Assembly: GCA_951406725.2 (NCBI GenBank)
Contig: OX597821.1
Location: 87,296,001 to 87,360,000, forward strand
Reading direction: 5' to 3'
DNA from: Octopus vulgaris
Lineage: Eukaryota
Length of the DNA stretch: 64,000 nucleotides
In this document: positions 55,009-64,000 of the stretch, one piece after another
How positions within the stretch are numbered: the first letter of the stretch is position 1
How the letters are laid out: each line of letters opens with the position of its first letter
Position numbers and translations under genes: made by a program
Notes under the pieces: generated by a model
Told to the model about the DNA's origin: nothing
Database searches by the model: none
Seen by the model: the letters and a program-made list of their open reading frames with translations, nothing else

Positions 55009-55292
55009 GGAGACACATGGCCAAGTGGTTAGAGCAGCGGACTCGTGGTTGAGGGATCGCGGGTTCGAATCTCAGACCGGACAATGTGTTTATTAATAGC
55101 GAAACACCTAAACTCCACGCGGCTCCGTCGAACTTCTGCTGACTCTTTCGCCACAACCTTCTCTCACTCTTTCCTCCTGCATCTAGCAGCTCACCTGTGA
55201 TGGACCGGCGTCCCGTACAGGTGGGGGACCTATACGCCAATGAAACCCGGAAACCGGCCCTTATGAGCCAGGCATGGCTTGAGAAGGAACAA
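55009..55292 (+). mobile_element. SINE family C
   Basis: tggccaagtggttagagcagcggactcg...gggttcgaatctc; tail gaaaccggcccttatgagccaggcatg. Confidence 0.85.
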
Positions 55293-55534
55293 AGAATACG
55301 AAAGCGAAACTTTTAGAGATATCTGTACGATCTATATGACCAAATCGGTGACAGAATAGATCTCCTCTATCTGACTATGATATCCGGCCCATTCAGGCAA
55401 CAGCTTTTTGTTTTACTGTTGTTCAGGACCTAAATTTGCGGTCACTGTTCTCCCTTACGAGAGGAAAGTGCTAGAAAAAAAAGTTATTGTAAGCATTGAA
55501 TATTTTACAGAAGTTTAGAAATTGTTTCATATTA

Positions 55535-55929
55535 AGGCACAAGTTCTGCTATTTTGAAGGTGGATGGAGTAAGTTAATCGATAAAATAAACTCCAGAACT
55601 TGACAGGTTTTTATTTTATCAATCTTGAACAGATAAAGACAAAGGTTACCTCAACGGGATTTGAACTCAGAACATGTAGAACTGGAGTCAATACCTATTT
55701 CTTTACTACCCACAAGGGGCTAAACACAGAGGGGACAAACAAGGACAGACAAACGGATTAGTTCGATTACATCGACCCCAGTGCGTAACTGGTACTTGAT
55801 TTATCGACCCCGAAAGGATGAAAGGTAAAGTCGACCTCGGCGGAATTTGAACTCAGAACGTAGCGGCAGACGAAATACCGCTAAGCATTTCGCCCGGCGT
55901 GCTAACGTTTCTGCCAGCTCGCCGCCTTA
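55535..55929 (-). mobile_element. SINE family B, young copy abutting an older copy
   Basis: Reverse complement starts aaggcggcgagctggcagaaacgttagc. Confidence 0.88.
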
Positions 55930-56083
55930 GATAAATCCAGTAATGGAAAAGTAATGTTTCAAATCAGTCCAAAAATATTTCTACGCTCGTTCGCTTTATT
56001 GATGAAGCTATTCAGGAGGTCGTCAGATTGTTTTCATTGCTCTCACCCAAAATTTTGGTGGATGCAAGCGCACCCCCTGTTCC

Positions 56084-56216
<133 letters not shown>

Positions 56217-56308
56217 CATCTATCTATCTATCTGTCTGTCTGCCTATTTATCTATCTAATCTCGCTTCCTGCTTGTGCATATATTGATGCATTCTTATGC
56301 ATATACAA

Positions 56309-56359
<51 letters not shown>

Positions 56360-56822
56360 CGTATACACACGGCCTGAGTTACATATGCTTAAATAGATAC
56401 AGTCAAAGATAAAGGCGTGGTAGGTGCAGATAACGCCAACAAAAGCAAGCATGCATTTAAACAGACTATTGCTAAACTCGTGCATGCACTGCAGATGTAG
56501 TGTGCACGCGTCAAACGAGACCGTCGAAAACACCCGCCTAGAAACACAATATACTAAAAAAAAAAACCCCCAAAAAAACCCCAAAAGAAACCCCAAAAGA
56601 AATACGCATACACTTGCGTATTCAAACCAGAATACACACACAAGCATACACACAGACATACACACACACAGACATACACACACATAAAGAAAAAGATGGA
56701 AAGAAACATTTCACGAGCTACACTTTGCATTATTGCCTTTCTCATAGACACACATTAATATAACTACATACATACATACACAAGAACGGAACACATTTAT
56801 ACACGCACTAGAATATGCTCAT

Positions 56823-56890
<68 letters not shown>

Positions 56891-57376
56891 TCACAAACAC
56901 AGATCATACACTCACACGTATGAACTCTTAAGCGGAGCAAAAGGAGAGAAGGGTGTATTTATCTGTATATAAGGGGTTATGTGCTGTGTGTGTGTATGTG
57001 TGTGTATGTGTGTGTGTGTGTGTGTGTGTCTATGCGTTTAAGTGTGTTAGTGTGCATGTGTGTCGGTGCACATCTGTTTGTCTCCGAGTGTGTTTGTCAA
57101 CTGATACGTTAATTGATGCAGAAAAATGAGATTCTGAATCGGATAGTGGTGTTGGTGGTGGTGGTGGTAGTAGTAGAAATAGTGGTGGTGGTGGTGACAG
57201 ACTCGGTGCAAGTGGCACCGTGTATCGATGTCGCTGTTTGGAGACGATGTTTCAAGCAAATGCTGGCGTATTTCAGAACCGAAATCTCATGGCGTTCGGA
57301 TTCAAAAGAACGAACTGTCAAAAGTCGGATGATACACACATTGTTAATGTTAAATGTATATGTGCGTTATTAAGCG

Positions 57377-57505
<129 letters not shown>

Positions 57506-57612
57506 GCACACATACACACAAGCGCGCGCATGAATGCATATATTTAAGTACGCATCTGTAGAAATGAACGTGTATATATATATATATTTATATATATATA
57601 TATATATTTAAA

Positions 57613-57841
57613 GGCGGTGAGCTGGCAGAAACGTTAGCACGCCGGGCAAAATGCGTAACAGTATTTCGTCTGCCGTTACGTTCTGAGTTCAAATTCCGCC
57701 GAGGTCGAATTTGCCTTTCATCCTTTCGGGGTCGATAAATTAAGTACCAGTTACGCACTGGGGTCAATGTAATCGACTTAATCCGTTTGTCTGTCCTTGT
57801 TTGTCCCCTCTATGTTTAGCCCCTTGTCGGCAGTAAAGAAA
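57613..57841 (+). mobile_element. SINE family B monomer
   Basis: Complete head-body-tail. Confidence 0.92.
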
Positions 57842-57999
57842 TATATATATATATATGTGTGTATGTGTGTGTGTATTACACTATAAGAAATCGTATGGGG
57901 AAGTTGTATAAGGTGGTGCTCTAGCATGGCCGCAGTCAAATGACTAAAACAAATAAAAGAATATATATATACATACATACATACATACATACATACATA

Positions 58000-58068
<69 letters not shown>

Positions 58069-58080
58069 TGTATATGTAAT

Positions 58081-58305
58081 TCTTTTATTTTCTTACATGT
58101 TTCAATCATTTGACTGTGGCTATGCTGGAGCACCGCCTTAAAGGGTTTTCGTCGATGAGATCGACCCTAAGACTTATTATTTGTAAGCTTTGTACTAATT
58201 CTATCGGTACCCTTTGCCGAAACGCAAAGTTACGAGACATAAATACACCAACATCGGTTGTCAAGCGGTGGTGGTGGTGGAGGAGGAAACACAAACACAC
58301 ACGCA

Positions 58306-58370
<65 letters not shown>

Positions 58371-58535
58371 GTCCGGCGTGCTACGATCGGCTTCTTTCGG
58401 TTTCCATCTACCAAATCCACTGATAATGCTAAAGTAGAAGACCCGAGACTATAGTAGAAGACATTTACCCAAGGTGCCACGCAGTGAGAGTGAACCCAGA
58501 ACCATATGGCTAGAAAGCAAGCGTCTTACCACATT
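58081..58535 (-). mobile_element. SINE family A, diverged
   Basis: gctggagcaccgcctt...cccaaggtgccacgcagtgagagtgaaccc. Confidence 0.85.
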
Positions 58536-58946
58536 GCGCTTAAATAAGTATACTCAGTCAAGTGTAGCGACCCCAGTGCCTATTACATAAATCCTGGGCA
58601 CTTATTGATGGGATATAAACCAGTAACACCGGTTTTTAATCAGATACAACATCAAGCTCAGACATGCAAAAATACACATATAAACACACACAAATATGCA
58701 TGTTTGTATTTGTGTGTAACAAGCTTCCGTACAGTTTCCGTCTACTAATTTCGTGCAGAAGACATTGGTTAGTCCGAGGTTGCGCGAGCATCTAATGCAT
58801 CGAACCACACTAGCGCTTATGTGTCTACGCGCACACACATGTGCCGTACGTGCGCGCGCGTATGTGTGTGCGTGTGTGTGTGTGCGCGCGCGGCTTCTGG
58901 AAATAATGAAGCAATTACCAGTATTTTATTAATTAAACGGTGCGTA

Positions 58947-59385
58947 AAGCGGCAAGGTGGCAGAATCGTTAGCACGCCAGGACGAAATGCTCCAGTTCTT
59001 CATGTTCTGAGTTCATATTCCACCGAGGTCGACTTTGCCTTTCATCCTTTCGGAGTCGATAAATTAAGTACCAGTTGCGCACTGGGGTCGATCTAATCGA
59101 CTAGCCTGCTCCCCTAAAATTTCGAGCCATGTGCCTAGAATAGTAAAGAATATTTAAACGAAGCATAAAGCAGCAAGCTGGCAAAATCGTTAACACGCCG
59201 AACGAAATGCCGCTAAGCATTTCGTCCGTCTTCACGTTCTGAGTTCAAATCCTACCGAGGTCGACTTTGCCTTTCATCCCTTTCGGCGTCTATAAAATAA
59301 GTACCAGTTGAGTAATAGGGTGGAAGTAATCGACTTACCCGTTACCCCGATATTACTGGCCTTGTGTTAAAATTGAAACCAATAT
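58947..59385 (+). mobile_element. Two tandem family B SINEs (short-tail type)
   Basis: Heads at about 58947 and 59167. Confidence 0.85.
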
Positions 59386-59560
59386 TTAAACAGTGTTTAA
59401 TGGATGTAGCATTCTGTATATAGCGAATGACCCCCAAAATACAGTGAGTGTTACTGGTAAAAGAAACGTTGCCATTGTTGTTATTTTATGCTTGGGAATT
59501 CTTGAATATAACCGAGTAAAATTCAATACATTAATACATGTAATATATACTGTGTTGTAT

Positions 59561-59841
59561 CATGCCTGGCTCATAGGGGCCGGTTTCCCGGTTTCATAGG
59601 CGTATAGGTTCCACACTTAGACGAGAGGCCGGTCCGTCGCAGATGAGCTGCAAGATGCAGGAGGAAAGAGTGAGAGAAAGTTGTGGTGAAAGAGTCAGCA
59701 GAAGTTTGTCATTACCTTCTGCCGGAACCGCGTGGGAACTTATGTATTTCGCTCATAAACACACACACATCGACTTGGGAATCGAACCCACGATCCTTCG
59801 ATCATGAGTCCGCTGCTCTAACCACTAGGCCATATGCCTCC
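59561..59841 (-). mobile_element. SINE family C
   Basis: Reverse complement of the 55009-55292 type. Confidence 0.85.
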
Positions 59842-61379
59842 ACAAAGCGTAGTAAGCACAAACATACATACGGACATTCATACAAATAGGTTATTTGGCA
59901 ATAGCAGTCCAGAGCTGAACTAAATCTCTCACAGTATTTAGTTTCGTTTCTCTGAGTTCGAAACCTACTTCAGAAAATGTTCGTTTCCATTCCGATAAGA
60001 TCGATAAAATAATTATGGTAATATATTAAAGTTGATGCAACCCTCTGTAATCCTCTTTTATAATAAGATAATTTCCTTGCATCTAATTGAAAAGGAATTT
60101 ACGCATAAATCTTGGACACAGTCATAAATGAACTCACACATACACACACCCTTTTATACAACCATACCCTATATATGTATGTATATATATATTGTATATG
60201 TTCATCCATTCTTTTATTGATTTTAGTCATTGGACTGCAGCCATGCTGTGGCATCAAATTCAAGACTTTAGCTGATCATATCGACTCCAGCACTAGGTCT
60301 GTTTGGCAGACACTTTATTGATCTCTATTTGGCGAATATAACTATGTATGTATGCATACTGCGTATACCTCTCTCTCTCTCTCTATCTATCTATTTATCT
60401 ATCTATTAATTTGTTAATATGCCTGTATGTTTATATTTGCAAGGCGATTAGACTAGTGTGGAAGACACATCAATTACTGATTCTAACATCAGTTCAGTTG
60501 CTGTGGTATTATCACAGGACACCTTAATGACATGTCTATAGCAAGGAAGTGTGGTCACTTTCAGCACAGACCCTCATTTCCCCACTCGCTTTTTCGCATC
60601 CTTCTCTTATATTTCCTTTTATTGTCTCTCTCTTTCCCTATGCCTCTGTGTATCTAACTACCTCTCTCTCTTTCTTTCAACACTTATGTTTTTATATCGT
60701 AAATTATTTATTCTCGCTACATCTCTCTCTCTCTCTTTTCTTTCAGTCTTTCTCCTGTTTCTTCTTTCTTTCTTTCTTTCTTCATCTCACATTTCTTCTC
60801 TACTTCCATGATTATTTTAAACAACACGTCTAACTCAAAAGAAGTCTGGACCTCCTTACCACCTCATTCTCTTTTTCTTGCACCCCACACCTGCACACAC
60901 TCACACACACACACGCTCACGCACTGGGCAACACACATACACGCGCACACACAAACACACATACAAACACACAGGGCAGCACACGCATACACACACGCTC
61001 ACACAGGAGCACACACGCGCATACACCAACGCACACATTCACACGCATGCGCATGCACACACACATATGTGAGCCTGCATGTTCACGGTAAGACACTCAG
61101 ACACTTTGCTCGGCTATCTTCATCAATTTATGAAGAAATCAATAGAAATACACACGCACGCACGCACGCACACACGCACGCACGCATGCATGCACACACA
61201 CTCACACACATCACACATACACAGATCGTGTGTGTAGACGCCACACAGACACATTCACGGTCATACACGCAATCTTTCATGCATGCGTGCTTCCTTTCCA
61301 AACATGGAACCGGGTTATAGCAGCTGAGTTGTGCGTAAGTCGTGTGTGTGTGTGTTTAAGTGTGTTCGTGCGAGAGAGC

Positions 61380-61429
<50 letters not shown>

Positions 61430-61619
61430 TGGAGAGAGATGGAGAAAAGACTGGGAGACAGGGTGAGAGGAAATGACAAACAGATAAATAGAAAACATAA
61501 ATAGACAGACGAATAATGAGAGAGTGAATGCAGAAGGGAAGAGAGAAATCAGTTATTTCTGAGAAAGATATACAGAGATAGAAACAAAAGCTGATAGACA
61601 GATGGATAGGCAAACAGAG

Positions 61620-61663
61620 GGACTGACAGACAGATGGATAGAGAAATAGATAGAGAGACAGAG

Positions 61664-61696
<33 letters not shown>

Positions 61697-61835
61697 TGAA
61701 GATAGATAAATAGACAGACAGATAAATAGATAGATAGATAGGTAGATAAAGAGATAGATAGATAGATAGATATACAGATAGACAGATAGATAGATAGATA
61801 AAGATAGAGATAGATAGATAGATAGACAGATAAAG

Positions 61836-61918
<83 letters not shown>

Positions 61919-62035
61919 GAGGTATATAAAGAGATAGAGAGGTATATAAAGAGATAGATAGATAGACAGGTAGAGAGATAGATAGAAAAGAGATTGATAA
62001 AGAGATAGATAGATAGATAAAGAGACAGATGATAG

Positions 62036-62103
<68 letters not shown>
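61620..62103. repeat. (GATA)n/(GA)n microsatellite field
   Basis: Direct inspection. Confidence 0.95.
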
Positions 62104-62105
<2 letters not shown>

Positions 62106-62713
62106 TGGGATAGTCTAATAGATATACAAATGGATAACTAGACGGATATATAGATAAATGACTGAATAGATCGATAAACTGAAAGTGAAAAACAAAACAA
62201 AAAGGAAAGAAAATACATAAAAGAAGAGAAAAATAGACAATGTTGGTAACACAAAATGATTAAACTAGAGGGTGTGGTGGGGTGAAGAAGGAAAGAAAAA
62301 GGTGAAGGAATATTCAGACGAGAGGCAGACAGTGCGCCAGTCAGATAGACAGACAGACGAGGAATAAAGAAAAAAAATGCAGAAGAGATATCAAAAGAAG
62401 GAAAGAAAAGACGAATTATTGGACGAAATAAAGAAAGATTTGAACAGGAAATTTGTTATTTAGACAGGAACAGTACAGTATTTTTTCCTTAGGACATGAA
62501 GAGTTTATGTAAATTTGGGGCGTTCATGAATTTTGTCTTCTCCAAAGAACAAAGCAAAAAAGATTGATAAAAAAAACACACGGTTCGATCATAATGAAGG
62601 CTGCCCGAGAGAATCTAAGACTAAATATTGGGGCGACAGTGACATCGAAGTTCCGGTTAGTTAGATTTCGGTTTGACGTTAAATAGTTTTTATTATAACT
62701 TGATGTGAAAATA

Positions 62714-62761
<48 letters not shown>

Positions 62762-62984
62762 AAACAAAGAATTAGTTATTTGGATTAAGAGAAAAAGGTT
62801 TGGTTCTTAGTTCAATCTGTTCTTAGTTCAACCATACATATTGTAGTACACTTTTAATACGTTACTAAATTATAATAATAGTATAATAGTTACAAAATTG
62901 CAAAATGGTTACAACAGCGAATCGAAAACCTGTCCCGTCAGAGACTCGGCTCTCGGAAAAATTGTTCTCTATGACACTCGATAA

Positions 62985-63182
62985 TTTTGGTACAAGGCCA
63001 ACATGTCTGTAGGAGTGGATAAATAAATTACATCGACCCCAGTGTTCAGCTAGTACTTATTTTATCGACCACAAAAGGATGAAAACCAAATTCGACCTCG
63101 GTGGAATTTGAACTCAAAACGTATAGACGGACGAAATGCCGCTAGTCATTTTTCCTGGCTTGCTGCCAGATCGCCGTCCTTA
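62985..63182 (-). mobile_element. SINE family B
   Basis: atcgaccccagtg...aaggatgaaa...cgacctcggtggaatttgaactc. Confidence 0.8.
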
Positions 63183-63340
63183 ACACTAAATAATGATAAT
63201 GATTTTTTACACTGATTAAAAAAAAAACCCACAGATTAATCAAGGAACAGTATCGTAGATTAATTAACCTTCTTTCGTTGACCTAAAAGACATAAGCAAA
63301 CTTACTCACAGTGGGATTTGAACTCAAATAATTAATAAAT

Positions 63341-63751
63341 GTGGCTGTGTGGTAAGTAGCTTGCTTACCAGCCACATGGTTCCGGGTTCAGTCCCACTAT
63401 TTGGCATCTTGGGCAAGTGTCTTCTACTATAGCCTCGGGCCGACCAAAGCCTTGTGGGTGGATTTGGTAGACGGAAACTGAAAGAAGCCCGTCGTATATA
63501 TGTATATATATATATATATATGCGTGTGTGTGTTTGTGTGTCTGTGTTTGTCCTCCTAGCATTGCTTGACAACCGATGCTGGTGTGTTTATGTCCCCGTC
63601 ACTTAGCGGTTCGGCAAAAGAGACCGATAGAATAAGTACTGGGCTTACAAAGAATAAGTCCCAGGGTCGAGTTGCTCGATTAAAGGCGGTGCTCCAGCAT
63701 GGCCACAGTCAGATGACTGAAACAAGTAAAAGAGTAAAAGAGAGTAAAGAG
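63341..63751 (+). mobile_element. SINE family A
   Basis: Homology to other family A copies. Confidence 0.92.
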
Positions 63752-63826
63752 TATATAGACGAAGCACTGAGCCTGGATTCTATTATTCAAAACAAAAGAA
63801 CCGATAGTATTATTTGATGGTATACA

Positions 63827-64000
63827 AAGGCGGTGAGCTGGCAGAATCGTTAGCACGCCGGACGAAAATACGTAGCGGCATTTCGTCCGTCTTTGTCTAC
63901 GGAGTTCAAATTCCGGTAAAGTCGCCTTTGCCTTTCATCCTTTCGGAGTTAATAAAATAAGTACCAATAGGCGCAGGAGTAGTAAGTAGCTTGCTTACCA
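63827..64000 (+). mobile_element. Family B SINE interrupted by a family A head (from ~63969; runs off the window)
   Basis: ggcggtgagctggcagaatcgttagc...taagtacc followed by ggcgcaggagt...gtagcttgct. Confidence 0.8.

Overview
Extremely repeat-rich eukaryotic DNA, intronic or intergenic. The microsatellite density and SINE repertoire point to an octopus or other coleoid cephalopod (inference). No host gene ORF is recognisable, and almost all ORF-track entries are translated microsatellites. The window holds three tRNA-headed SINE families (dozens of copies), several DNA-transposon MITEs (mariner/Tc1, pogo/Tigger, hAT, and a Merlin-like element containing TTAGGG), and a 5'-truncated R4/Dong-type RLE retrotransposon embedded in a (TACA)n tract. 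A 575-bp non-coding element sits in (TAA)n. The most notable feature is a set of Penelope-like remnants from different families carrying minimal type I hammerhead ribozyme motifs, one of them a TSD-flanked palindrome with a ribozyme on each strand. Also noted: 184-bp-unit SINE multimers apparently inserted as units, long fold-back hairpins, a candidate 36-nt minus-strand micro-exon and a compact promoter-like motif cluster. All coordinates and alignments were read by eye.
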